Shown piece by piece: positions 24,690-38,057 of a stretch of DNA of 43,935 bases. The position numbers were made by a program, and so were the translations under genes. Source of the stretch: Bigelowiella natans CCMP2755 (taxonomy: Eukaryota; Protista; Cercozoa); contig ADNK01000781.1 of NCBI GenBank assembly GCA_000320545.1, positions 1-43,935 of the forward strand, written 5' to 3'. Position 1 is the first letter of the stretch. Each line of letters opens with the position of its first letter. The notes under the pieces are model-generated. The model was not told the DNA's origin, did no database searches, and saw only the letters and a list, made by a program, of their open reading frames with translations.

Positions 24690-24950
24690 ATGATGTATTA
24701 AGCTGGCCTGTTCATCTAGGCACAATTTGATGAACAGATGAAGAAACCTCGCCAGCAGCAGAACAAAGCCATTGCCTGCTGACAAGCAAGCTATAGAAAG
24801 CTAGGGCCGGTCAGCAGCACGAATGCGATACGCCTGAAAATGTGCATTCGTAGCAATCTTTTCGTGGAATGTGTGCCGATCGTGGGTCATAGGCAATGCT
24901 TCATGTAGCGCGCTGCTAGTTCAAAGCCATGTCTTACTTTAGGCATTGTG
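23950..24950. other. Second CTAG/CATG palindrome-dense non-coding island
   Basis: About 17 CTAG counted by eye in about 1 kb. Perfect 22-bp palindrome ccatgctagctagctagcatgg at 24041-24062 and 14-bp tctagacgtctaga at 24443-24456. Confidence 0.7.
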
Positions 24951-25101
24951 CGTTTAATTTGTTCCGTGTGGATTCATTAACATTGTTCTTCATTTATCGG
25001 TATTGGTTAGATTGCCTACAACATTGCCCTTGTACTGCAAAATGCTGCTTCAAAGCTGTACAACGGTGTGTATGATTCGAATTGTATGGACAGGCTTAAG
25101 G

Positions 25102-26583
25102 TTACTTCGGTTTGACCCCAGGATATTTCGGCACAGATTTCGCATCGTCAGAGTAAAGTTGTGCTTGTGCTTCATCTTTGTGATAAGCTTCATATATACC
25201 GGGCAAGAAGCCTTGGGGCCTTCCATAGCCATACTCCAGATACTCAACTGAAGGCTGCTGAAGTGTGAGGACGTGACGTTTCCAGTCTGCTACTGTCTCG
25301 GCGTTATTGACTTGATATCCAGCTTCTTTGTCCTCCTTGGAGAAGAAATCGGCGTAGTAGTAAGAATAGTACGATGAGTAGTAACCTGCAAGAAGATAAG
25401 GAGAACAAAAAGGGCGGTGATAATATGAAAAGTGATTTTTGTATGCGACGGAGGCGATGTGTAGGATACCTGCATAATACTGTGCATAGTACACTTGCTG
25501 GCTTTGCGCGTGGCAATACTCGCAATACATCTGGAAAGTAGTAGATAGTAGGACAGCAGTCAGCAATCATACGAAAATGGCGGAGGAAGAAAGTAAACGG
25601 AGAAAACGCGCGTCAGTTAAACAGGGCAGAGGAAATATTGTAGACGGAACAAATTGTCCCGCTGCACACGGTGTAGCCAGCAACACTCGTAAGATCATTA
25701 CATATATTAAATATTTATTTATTTATATGTATATATTTTTATGTACACACATGCGCGGGAAACCGAGCACCACCTTTTCGGTTGAGCAGTAGTAGCAATA
25801 GTAGTCTGTCAGGGGTGAGTGAGCAAGCGTCTCCACGATGGCGGACGGTAGGATATGAGACAGAGACAGCGACACTAGATGACCAGCATCCATCACCACC
25901 TGTCGCAGTAGTGGTAGTTGTTAGGATGGGAAAAGAATTAGAGGAAGTAAAGGATGAAGATGACACAATTAAATTGTTGTTGATTTCGATTTTCGTTGTC
26001 GATGTGACCGTTGAAGACACAGTCAGGCCTCGCAACGATACATTCACATCTGCTGCTGCTGCTGCTGCTGCTGCTGCTACTGCTCATATCCACTACATCT
26101 AAACCACCCACTCGGACCTTCGAGCTAACGAGCCGGGAGAGCTTGTCCTTGGCAAATCTCGCAATTGAGCGTGAGAATGTAACGTTTAGACGAGTGGAAA
26201 CCTGATGGAAGATGTAATTAACGAAGAAAGAAAGCAGACAGTACATGTAGTAGCTTGAGTGCGACTGCTACTGTATCATGGACTTTGTACTTGTATGTAG
26301 GAATTGAGTAGGCACTAGCAGCCAGCAATGATCATGAATGCGTGTATTATCTATAAGTATATTTGATGATGTCCCTATACTATCTGTTTTTAGAGAAGTG
26401 CTACTACCTCCTCAGGAACCCCTGATTTCTTCTCTCCGTGCTTGTCTGAGGGGAGAGGTGATGGTGGTGGTGAAGTTGTGACGACGAGTTGGATAGCATT
26501 CAAATCCAATAGACGACAAACACCACTGCCTGGAAGGCAGTAACCTAACGACTATAAAATTACACTTCATCTACTAATTTCTT

Positions 26584-26625
<42 letters not shown>

Positions 26626-28756
26626 CCTCCCCCTCTCTGGTCTCTCTATGGTTAACACGGCACATACCCACGAACTTCCTCATTTCTTTAGTAACCTTCG
26701 GAATCAGCAGCTCTGTTAAAACATGCACAGCAGCAGTAGAACGACATTTAGCGATACGGATCAGCTCAGAAAGCAGCTCTGTTCAACCGTTTGGTAACAA
26801 CATCTATCCTTATCACCCACGCGCTCATGAATCGTATATCTATGATAGTAGAAGCAGCAGCAGCATGTTTGACTGAGTGCTTTACGGCTGCTCCTACCCG
26901 TTATTTTTGAGGCAGTAGGCTCTGAAAATTCGTGCGAAAGAGGCCCAGCTATCGTCCTTAATAGCGTTGACGAAACCTAGGAAGCAATTCAGGGGTTAAT
27001 TAATGTGCTTAGGTATTCATGAAAAATATGGAAGTTGAGAGGAAAACTATGCATTCTTCTTCTTCTTCTTCTTCTGTTGATTCTGCCCTCTTTTCCATAT
27101 CTCTCACTTACACGACTAGGATATGAACATCTGATAGTGTTGCTTGTGATATTAAGTAATGACCAGGTGAGTTATTGAGTAATCAACGGTAGATCTGTTA
27201 TTAATTTTTCAAGAAGCAAAACATAGGGACAGCAGGATATTATATCACATATCGAACCCGAGGAAATTTTATCAGTATAGCAGAAAATGTGCAGGAGGAA
27301 AACATGAAAATGAACTCTCTACTCTCGTTTTCAGCAAATTTCTACTTGTGCATTTTGGAGACTGGCTGAAGCAGCTTTATCGTCTTAAATGCTAAACAAA
27401 CAAAAATAGGCATCAGACAACGATAACAATAACGCAGGATATCGAAAAAAAATCCTATTGTGAACGAGGCAGATTTTCAATCGAAGGCGATGGGTGTGGG
27501 AGCAGGCAACAACACTCATCATTCGTCTACCCGTGCTTATCACAGTTTTTAGCCCGCTGAGCATGCCCGAAGCAACCCCTTTGGCCAAACTAATATCCGT
27601 ATTGTATTGCGGTACTCCGAGTGCTTTGCCTCCACTCAGTAAGGCAGACATCTCTGCTGACTGCATAATCGTATAAACACACGCAATCACATCCCGCTCA
27701 CACAGCATCATCATAATATGTGTAGTTGAACATGAATGTATCAGTTTAATAGAGCATCCTAAAACCATCAGAAACACTTTAGAAATCACTACAACCGTGC
27801 TGGCTTCCAGGAACGACATTGACGAAGCTGAAAGCGAATTTTCTGTTCTCTCCTCGTCATCACAGAGGAGTGCTGACGATGGCATCATCATTTGAAGATC
27901 TTCATTTCCCAAGAAGTCGTCAGGAGGAGCAAGCGTGCCTAACACTATTTCGAAATTGCGTTCCTCCTCTAACTTCTTTCTTCCAGTGCTTTTATTTTCT
28001 CCTGCTTTAGAGGAAAATAGCAATCTACAGTCTTCCAATGTATGCTCGCGAATCCTATTCGAAGATGTTTCTGCGCTCGTTTTTGCTTCGCGATTGAGAT
28101 AGTAAGCGATATAAATGTGATCGTTTTCAGTCGCTGTTTTATTATTCACATCGCTCTTGCTATCAAGGCCAGTTCCACAGGATCCCATCTTCTCCACAAG
28201 CTTGCCGAAGGCAATTCGAAGGATCTTTAGATCACGCTTTTTGGTCTTGTCTGATACTTGGTTATCTTGGAGTTGGCTTTGAAGATTTTCGATCTCCTCA
28301 CTCACGAAGAAGGGTAGTATGTCATCCCCCTCAGATCTGACAGCAGCGCTTCCATCTCTAAGCTCTATTCCGTTGCATTTTAACCGTATGGTAGATGAAG
28401 CAATACGAGTTTCAACTTCCTATTTTTGTAGCATTGAAGCATCAAGCACAGTAAATGAATTGAACATCAAAACGCGGCATGTCTCCCACTCCTTCCCTCC
28501 CTCCTCGTTCCCTGACATTTTAAATCACCTCAGCTGAGAAGTTTCCTCCTAAACCCAACTTGGCCAAAAAAATGTTTTTCCTCGTAAGACAAGGATCCCC
28601 GTCTAGGTGGTGTCTCATTCGAAATGTGAATCGATGGGCGGAAATGCTCTTGCCAGTGAGCGTGATGGCTCTGGCAGAGCCCGCTCGTTGCTTGAGAAAG
28701 GATAATAACATGAAGGCTAATGCCATCCCTCGTGGCATCCAGCGAAGTCTTATCAT
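25102..28756 (-). CDS. Uncharacterised protein with signal-peptide-like N-terminus and C-terminal CxxC-x6-CxxC plus Tyr-rich motif
   Basis: The N-terminus MIRLRWMPRGMALAFMLLSFLKQRAGSA.. is hydrophobic and then basic. Exons 25774-25899, about 25470-25530 and 25102-25385 splice in phase to LAHSPLTDYYCYYCSTEK|MYCEYCHAQSQQVYYAQYYAG|YYSSYYSYYYADFF. Exon joins around 27100-27550 are ambiguous. Confidence 0.7.
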
Positions 28757-29651
28757 AGTCTCCAGGCTTGTTCGGTGCTAGGGTATCTATGTATTTGCTG
28801 CCCCCCCCGCTCGAGGACGTGCTCGCATCAATTTCATCGCCGGTTCATCGGCGGCGCGGTGACAGTGTTTGAATTCCATTTGAAAACAAATGGTCCCGAT
28901 CATGACCTTGTCGTAGAGAGAAAATGCCAATCAATTCCATGAATTTCTCGTGGAGAATCTCGGAGATTAGTGTGCGATCACACTCACTGGGCCGAACAAT
29001 TCTTTTCGGAAAGATATCTCACAGCTCGTCGGGAAGGAGGTTATTTCTTGCCGAAATTGGTGTACTCAGATGTCGTTGAATTATTTCATGCTTCAAAAGC
29101 ATGTGGAATATTCAAATAATTCAAAAAAAGAAGAAAGGCATGAGACTTTTGCACTACGTCAAATTGCATACCGCCCTACGTCGACATCATCCTTCCATCG
29201 ACTGCGATTTTGGATAATGTTCAGAATTCTAGCCTTATTTTATTCGAAGGATGATGTAAAATTGTAGTCGTTTTGATGAAACACATTACATTTTAGTGTC
29301 ATAAGGAAAGGAGAACATAGCAATTAGGTCTGACTACTATCACACGCTTCACCAAGAGCAACCCCCAGCCGGCGAAACTTTCAGTAACACCTTCGAGGAA
29401 GGAAAGGTGAGATAGCGTTCGCGTTGTGTGCCCCATGGTGTAGCAATGGATGTTTTCTTCAAATGTTCTACTTGCCGAACCGAGCGCTTCTACTGAATGT
29501 ATCATGCTCGTATTTTGCTGCTATGTTTGACCGTTTGCTGGTGCACTCTTACAGAAATAAATATGACCTTTCTTAGTTTTGGGATGGGATTCATTTTAGT
29601 CACATTATAACCAATCTTTGAAATGATATTTGATTCGGATCGTGCAGAACC
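28757..29651. promoter_or_regulatory. Probable bidirectional promoter between the Tyr-rich gene and PEX11
   Basis: Head-to-head starts; cluster gaatttctcgtggagaatctcggagatt at 28941-28968. Confidence 0.5.
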
Positions 29652-31155
29652 ATGAGCTCAGCGAGTGGTGATGTAGACGCAAAGGATGAGACACATGATC
29701 TTGATGAGACGGTATCCTCCTCCCTCGAACAATTCTTAACTTCTCTGCACAGCAGTATATCGATGTTCATCTTGATGAAATTTCTTGACAGGACCGCTTG
29801 GGCATGCTTTGCGAGGATCTGGAGAATCTTTGGACCACCGATAAACTCCTTCAATTTCTCGGTTTCGGGCAGTTGGCTATAAGTAAATGACACTTTTCCC
29901 TTGCATTAGTACTCCTTAGCCAGCACACACAAAAGCGCTAACCTCCATTCATCTTCAGGTGATGCTCTCAAATACACTGGGGAGAAGATATTTTCAAAGC
30001 TCACCAATGAGGTCGGTTACAAAATTCTTGACAACAGGGCAATACTCAGGTAGTAAGGACCTTCCACCGTGTAGAAGAAACTTGCCACTAAGTTAGGCTT
30101 CTGGGAACCATAGGTTTTGGCTCTTCCTCTCACAATGGCGGCGCTTGTTGAGGACAACGCGTGACAAACAAATCGAAGATTTAACAACGTCGGTTTCCAG
30201 GACGATTTCTGAACATTTACAGCATCTATGATTGAGTGTTAAGAGATCAAGCAAGAAATTCTTGAAGCATTATGATATTGTGTTAACCTCGGTATGTCTT
30301 GTCCCTCCTCATCTAGGGAGCTGCAAACTGCAACCAAAGATCAATCTGCCAGCACCAGCGTTGTTACCCATAAGAAACTTCGTGATCTCAAAATTTTGAG
30401 GTCGGCCAATTACAAACTATAGAGTTACACTAGCACACGCGCCCGCATGAAGAATGTATCCAACTACGCGCTCAGCTGCTTATCAATGATGCCGTGATAC
30501 TACTCTGTGTTCGTCGTTTCGTCCTCCTTCATCAGAGTAATATCAAAGCTGCAGGCAATCATCAATCTAATCTTTCAGCCTTTGGATATCCTAGGTGGTT
30601 TATCGTTGTGATAATAGCTGTGATGATGATGATGATGATGATGATTATGATTATGATAATGTACATTTGAGACTGATATATGTAAAATGACGGAAAGTAA
30701 AACTCGAATAAGTTCTGTGCCTTTTCGATGATGACCTAGCATACCATTATTATGTCAAACGTTGGCCGTCGTCCTCCCACACCACCACTTATTCTTCTTC
30801 TTCACCACCACCACCACCACCATTTTACAGGATATATCGCCCGATCATCTAGCGGCTATATCAGCAATGCACAGCTGCTGCTTCTCGATCGAGGGTCATA
30901 AAATATGCAAATCATAGAAATGCAATACGTCATGGTTGGATGCATTGTGTAATAGAGAATTACACGTTCAAAACAAAGTTCTTGACGACGACGATGATAA
31001 AAATAATAATGATGATGATGATGATGATGATGATAAATGATGATCACAGGGCTTGCACGTGTTGGTTTTTCGTGGAGTTGCTGGAAGTTTGCGCCACGTA
31101 CATCGAGATTAAGCACAAGATGCGCCATGTACGACCAATGTTATAGATTGTGCGG

Positions 31156-31192
<37 letters not shown>

Positions 31193-31989
31193 TGTATGTG
31201 TGTGTGGTTCTTGTCTCAGTGTTGAGAGAGAGAGAGGAAGAGAGAGAGAGAGAGAGTAAAATAGATATACGAATGCTTATTGTTAGTTATAATGTGATGT
31301 GATGCATTGTTGTGTTTCGTCCTATGATATCCACCGCTCATGAATAATCTCCATGATAACGATAGCTAGCCCTCTCATATAGAGTGACTACTCTGTGACT
31401 ATTCTCTGTGTTTTCCAGAGAACATATCCAGAGAACATATCCAGAGAACATATCCAGAGAACATACTGTTATTTCTACCAACTGTAGCAATAACACGCAC
31501 TAACAGCTCTCCTACTACCACCACCACCGTAACAGGATTCACGGCTATTCTGGGTGCTCGTACGGAGGGCACTTCCTCGGTTGATGAACATGATATTGGC
31601 TCACAACTGGACAAAAGCAAAGCCAACTCTCAGGTTATTCTTCGTTGAAGAAATTGCCTCAGCCGTATGCTAGTGAATAAGAAGACAGTCCTCTCCCCTG
31701 TTGACCGAATTAGTGACGAAAGAGTGAAATCAACCCCTTTTCACACCCTCCTTGTTGTCAATCCTATCATCACGCGCGCTCACGCACACGCACACACAGT
31801 GACGGTATGATCGGGACGCTCGGAACTCTTCAAGTCGTGATGGACGTCACCACGGACATGTAATCAACAATGCGAGATGTATATCTCCTCTCCATGATTG
31901 TTTCTGGAACGGGTCGCTTAGTAGTGGTTCTTCGATGGCTCAGCAGGATCCTACATGTGGCCGAGCATTCTTTCTATCCGGCAAGATAG
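29652..31989 (+). CDS. PEX11: Peroxisomal membrane biogenesis/fission factor PEX11 family (gamma/Pex11C-like)
   Basis: The spliced product has the PEX11-like motif order TDKLLQFLGF .. NRAILR|LLGTI .. LQAIINLIFQPLDILG|YIA .. ACTCWFFVELL .. MILAHNWT..LS|DGMIGTLGTLQVV. Exons approx. 29652-29711, 29792-29882, 29959-30049, 30097-30113, 30223-30235, 30317-30400, 30536-30594, 30831-30894, 31049-31127, 31536-31633, 31800-31859, 31947-31989. Family call is from motif recognition only. Confidence 0.75.
31414..31465 (+). repeat. 13-bp minisatellite (TCCAGAGAACATA) x4 in a PEX11 intron
   Basis: Four perfect tandem copies read directly. Confidence 0.95.
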
Positions 31990-32823
31990 AAGCTTTTGTA
32001 AATAGCAGCGCGAAGTGCGTTGCTCCTCGAATGATAAATTATTAGACGTAGTGACGAATAAAGACGGAAAGTCATCGACTAGATCGTTTCTCTCGCATAC
32101 AACGTGACGATACATGTCTAGATATGTACATTTATATCTCATGAAGCAGCTTATAGGCTGAGACTTCCATTTTTAGTGAAAGAAGGAGAGTACGTGTGCA
32201 GTGTAGCCGCCGGGCAGTGACACCGCTTGAAGTAGTAATATGCTACGCCACACTACGTGTACGTATGGGCTACGTGATGCATTTGTGCAACAGCTATAGC
32301 ATGTGTGAACATACATGCTCTAGCTGCACTCGCATCGACCGTACTATAGGCAGGCTGTAGCATGAATTATTACTGACATTGCTGGACAGAGCTGCTTAAA
32401 ATTGTTACGATACGCGAGCGCCCTTTGCGTGCATGTATGTCATCTGTCATGTATCGCAGTGGCTCAATGATAAATGTGATAATAAATTTTCTGCCAGGCT
32501 ACTATCCAAGCACCCTATCTAGCACTGGCGACAATGATGGCAGAGAGAATGACAAAAGTAGCGTAGCTGCAGCATTATACCACGATATGCAGTTGTTATG
32601 AGATACTCTGTGTATGCCTTGTACGCAACTTTATTTCCGCAATAAATGTGGTTTATACGATTCATGCAGGTACATGTATACTGCCCAGCAGCTATGCACA
32701 CATAGCATGCACGCACGGGCCAGTGCCAACAGACACAGGGTAGCTACCCAGCTTGTGCTGATATACGTGTATGACAACTATCAGCAACACGGCAATGAGC
32801 GAGTGATCGATCGACGGTATCAC

Positions 32824-34814
32824 CCACAAAGGTATATCAGCAGAATCAGCGAAAGCTTCTACAAACTTTCGGATCAACAAGTCATCATCCTTGCCTAAGT
32901 ATTGAGAAACAAAAGAATGAGCAAAATACTGAAAGACACTCACACACACACGCGCGCGCGCGCATACACAACGAACAAGCATGGGTATTCGAGACGGGAG
33001 ATGTCTTTCTGTGCGGAAAATAGTTAAAGTTTACCAGCACAACATCAACAACAAATATATGACCCCTCGTTCCACGTCTACTGCTATTTCCCCAACCTAC
33101 CCCCCTCATTTAAGATGAATTCTTACAGGAGCTGGAGCCAACTATTGATGTCGGAAGATGCTCTCGCTTTCGGCTTAAGCAGTGAAGCAGGCTGATCGTT
33201 CGAGAAACGGTTCAGAACACACAGAAATCAAATATTAAAGCGCAAACGACGACAGTGACGACAGCTGACGACGACGATGACGACGACGATTATACCCTTT
33301 CTATGTCCTCCTCTCCTGGCATCAGCCACCTTAATTTATCACAAAATAGGTGGAGGAGGAAGAGGAGGGGTGTCAGCTCATATGTAGGACTGTGTGCCAA
33401 CAAACAGCTGTTTAAAATGGTAGTGATGAAGATGGTTGATCTTCTTCCTCTCGCCATCATCAAAAGATTGAGTCTGTTACCATGTCATAGCTTCTTTGTG
33501 GGGCAGCAATTGCATAATCTGGTCGATGTAATGGACAAATAATCAATGTGTGCAAGATATACGTGTGTACAAAGATACAAAGATGTGCTTCTTCTCTTCC
33601 ATCGTCTACCTTCTGAGAATAGTCCCACATCCGCAGGTTGTTAGCACATCGCAGCATGCACTTTGCCTGGAAAATGCTCGTTTTGTTTGCCCTGTCAACA
33701 AGGAGGAGAAGGTCGGCGACAACGAGGACAACAATAACTCTCTCTTTTATTGCATATATCTCGTTATATGTAGTGATGGACCTTTGCAGCGGTATAAGCC
33801 CATCTAGAATCTTCGTGGCAGCGGCTTTGTCCTCATTCTTTATGGAGAGGGAGATGACAAGAGAGAAGGTAGAAGTGGGGAATCAGGAGAGTTAGTAGCG
33901 TATCTGAACTGTCGTGTTTTGTTATGTGTGAGAGGGCTTTTACGTACTGTTACTACTCTTACTATGCATAATAAGGACCGACCTCCGTGTATATCCGTAA
34001 AGACACTAACTTATCATCGAGCATGGTACTGGAGAGGATGATGATCCAGAACGAAGAAGAAGAAGAAGAAGAAGAAGAAGAGTAAGCCAACAGTCAACAA
34101 AGAAGATGATATATATTCAGGTGTACGATCAAAGGTGTATCATCAGAAACAAACAATGGCGGCGACGGCAATGCCAATGACGACAGTACAAACCTCATAT
34201 CTTGAAGCTCCTTCTCGCGCTTCGCTTGCTCAATAGCTTGCTGTTAACACAATGGTTGATAATTAGTGTTGGAGGGTATAGGATGTCTTTCGCGGCTTCT
34301 CTCTTCATTCGCTAAATCTCTCATCATTTCGAGTGAAATCTCTGTTTCATCCTTGCAGGTGCTGCTGCTTTGAAGTAATGGAGGAGAGAGCAAAAGACGA
34401 TGATGCTACGAGTTGGGGGACCTCGGGCACTACCTTCTTGATCAATTTCGCTGCGCGGCGCTTTTCCTGGTTGATGATGGTAACAATAGAAGGAGATTGT
34501 GAAGATGATGACGATGATGACGATGATGATGAGTTGGAGAGAATAAATGAAGGAGATAATGAAGGGTGAGGGAGGATCGTCAGCTCTTTTATTACTACTA
34601 CCCGTGCTATTCTCCGCTGCTCTGGAGTGTACCTTGCATGAATGATAAAAGTTATCATCATCGTCATCATCATCATCATCGTCGTCGTCATCCTCATCAC
34701 CATAACCATCATTACTCATTACAACGTGATCAGGTTTCCCTCTACTTCCTCAGAGAAATGTCACAGGCATTGCAAGAGAGGAAGGGAGGGAGGGGGAGAG
34801 AAGAGAGAGAGAGA

Positions 34815-34854
<40 letters not shown>

Positions 34855-35717
34855 CAATAACGAAGAACGACGACCAAAGATGAAGAAGACGACAACAAGA
34901 ACAATGCAAATGTTGTCACTTACTCAGCCCACGGAGAAATAGGGACTTGATCTGGGAGAACTACAGGCTCCTTATCATCCTTGCTGCTATCACCGCTGCT
35001 GCTGCTGCTGCTGCTGCTGCTCTTCTCATTACCATTGTCAAAACTCATCGGTAGATTCTTCCCTCCCTGCTTCTGTTGGCCGACCTCGTCGGCATCATCA
35101 TCACCGCTACTGCTTTGTGTAACATTGAGCTCCCCAGCTTCGATGCGACGTTTTCTAGCTAACCGTCTCTCGTTGCGTATGAACGAAAGGCGCTTTGCTT
35201 CGGCCTTTCGCTCCCTCTTGCTGCTCCTCTTCATGATGCGGCTGAATTGACGGCTCTCCGCCAATATCTCGGCTGCATACGGACAGACAGACGTCGGGTA
35301 AAAGACAGACAGGCGACAACAAGTAATCAGATGGGTAGATCGAGTGATGATGATGATGATGATGATGATGATGGTGATGGTGATGGTGATAGCGATGAAG
35401 CAAAAGAATGGGCGCCAGAGATCAACAGATAGACATAAGAGAGAAAGTGTTGAGGTAGTGAAATTCCCCTTGCACACAGCAGGATAATAATACACCTCTT
35501 TCCTCCTCATCCGGCTGTGAGTTATCTTGATCTATCACCGCATTTACCCCCTGTTATAATAATAAAGAGTATGAATCAGCAGGGGACAAAAGTAGCGCCA
35601 TCATCAATGGAAGACAACTATCATTCAAAGTAGTGAGGAAACGACGATCCTACACTTTTCCTTCCCCCTTCTTTCCAGCACACATGCTATAACACGCACG
35701 TCACGGGATCAACAGAA

Positions 35718-35753
<36 letters not shown>

Positions 35754-36311
35754 TCCTATATTTATACTTACCGCTGTTAACATATTCTTCCCTCCTTGCT
35801 CCCCGCCGTGATGATCTCGCATCTTTCCTGCCCTAGAATCGTCGTCGTCGCCACCATCATTGTCTGTATCTTCATTGAAAGGACTATTCAACCAGCCTCG
35901 TTCCGGTGCTCGCTTCTGCCTTTCTCTTCTTCGTCGCCGTTCTTCCTCCTTCTCCCTCTTCTCCCTCTTTTCCGCCGCTTTTTGCATCCTCTGCTTGAAG
36001 ATCAAGAGGTCAAGCTCTTCTCGTGCATTGGCTATATCGTCTGCTGGAGCTTCGCCTGAATCAGCAGCTTGCTCCTTAATGCTGTTGTTAGTTGTGGTTG
36101 TGGTGGCGACGATATTGTCGGCCATTCCATCCCCTTCCTTCGCGCCGTATCTCCGGAGATATTCGTCATAATCGATGTTCTCATAGGTGTAGGATTGATT
36201 CTGCATCATCTTCAGCTGGTCAGGAGAGGACACCTGAGCATAGGAAGAAGATAAGTATCTGTAAATGAAGAGAGGCAAGAGGAGGATGACGATGATGTTC
36301 TTTGTGTTGCA

Positions 36312-36345
<34 letters not shown>

Positions 36346-37362
36346 TTTTCTACTATTACCACGACAGTCTGGTTCTTTTCCGGGTCAAAGTATTGGTAAG
36401 CGTACATATATTCGTCGTCGTCGCCGCCATCTTCCTCAACGGCCCTTTTCGCCGCATCATCATCCTCTGGCTGTTGTTGCATCTGCCTCTCTAATTCTTG
36501 CAATTCTTCATCGTTGATGTATTCCTCTGCTCCTCCTCCAACCTCCTTACTCCTATTGTTTCCATTCATGTAATAGTAGTAGTAGCCATCCTTCTCTCCT
36601 CCGGGATTGCCTCTTAATTCACCTCCCTCTTCTGGCTCAGCTTCTTCCCATTGCGTTCCTAGTTCATTCTGCTGCTGATGCTCCTCCTCATTTGAGGGAG
36701 GGGGAGGCATCGATGGCTGATTATCCCCTCTCTGAACGCCTCTTTTTTCTTTGGGATCTTCCTCCCGTTCCCCCTGACCATGCTCCCCATCTCGTCGCTT
36801 GCTCTGTTTCTGCTGATTCTCAGGCGAAAAGGGAGAAGGAGGGAAACTACCTTCCACGTCGTTGTTCTGTGCAAGCCGAGCAGCAATCCTGGCTACTACG
36901 GCTGCATTGTCGTCATCATCGTCGTCGTCATCGTCGAAGATTTTGACGTGCCGTCCAGGTCCAAATGGCTGCTGCTGCTGCTGAATTATGAATACATGTA
37001 TGTGTTACGTTTTGCATCTGCATTGGAAATAAAGTCGATACAGGAAATCATCATGCGATAACACGGAAAATAATCCCAATGCGTTGCATGATTGATAAAT
37101 TTGGAGAAAACAGCATCATACTGCTGCTGAAAGAAGGCGATTTCTGTCCTACAAGGGGAAGGAGGAAGGGGGACATTGCTTCGAAGCATTTCTATGCTCT
37201 CTAAATACTACCTCCTCCTCCTCCTTTTTATGAAGCTGCTCTGCAATTCGTTTTCTCATATTCTCTTCCATTTTGCGGAGATATTCCTTCCATTGTAATG
37301 GCATGCATGAGTAAATAAGAAATACATTACTGCAGATGGTGTCATCGTCTTCGTCTATATGC

Positions 37363-37399
<37 letters not shown>

Positions 37400-38017
37400 T
37401 GTGAGTGTGAGTGTGAGTGTGAGTGTGAGTGTGAAGACATTAATCTCGGATTCTGAGCGGTAATGCTACCACCGATATCATAAATAACGGAGAACAGTTG
37501 CAACAATATTTTCCCTCCCACCAGCACGATCTCGTTATCACCTTCTCTTCTTTCTTTTGAATTTCGTTTTCCTTCTCTCTGAGCTCCTCCTCCTCCTTCT
37601 CCAGCTTCCCTATTAGATCCTCTTCATTCTGCAAGGCATTATCGCCAAGTCCTTGTACTGTTTTATGAGTGTTGGTAACATTAGAATACCACTACGAGAA
37701 GCGTCTGTAGATATGATGGAATATTTGTGTCTATTTTCCATCTTGTGTCCATCGCCTTTTCCGCTCTCTTTCCCTCAATAATGTTAAAGGTCGTACGGAG
37801 ATTGACATATTTTTGCACCAAACAGCACAAACGACGATGGCAATTACGATGACAACTACGACGACGACCACGACGACTGACCCATCGAGGAAAGGGCTAT
37901 TTCTCCCAGTGAGAGTCGAGCAGCAGTATCATTCTCGTCGTCATCGTCTTGAGCTTCATTTGCAATATCTTGCTCGTTGTCGTCCATAGGTGAACCTTCT
38001 TCCTTCCTGGATATTGG

Positions 38018-38053
<36 letters not shown>

Positions 38054-38057
38054 GTGC

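Noticed and set aside
29070-29505. Two short ORFs in the divergent intergenic region
   Set aside because: No motif and no supporting exon chain; probably promoter or UTR sequence.
31414-31465. Tandem repeat considered as CRISPR-like
   Set aside because: No spacers, a 13-bp unit, a eukaryotic intron location and no cas genes.
33600-33690. In-frame TAA in one exon reading as possible stop-codon recoding
   Set aside because: An alternative acceptor gives a stop-free reading, and the well-supported genes use the standard code without internal stops.
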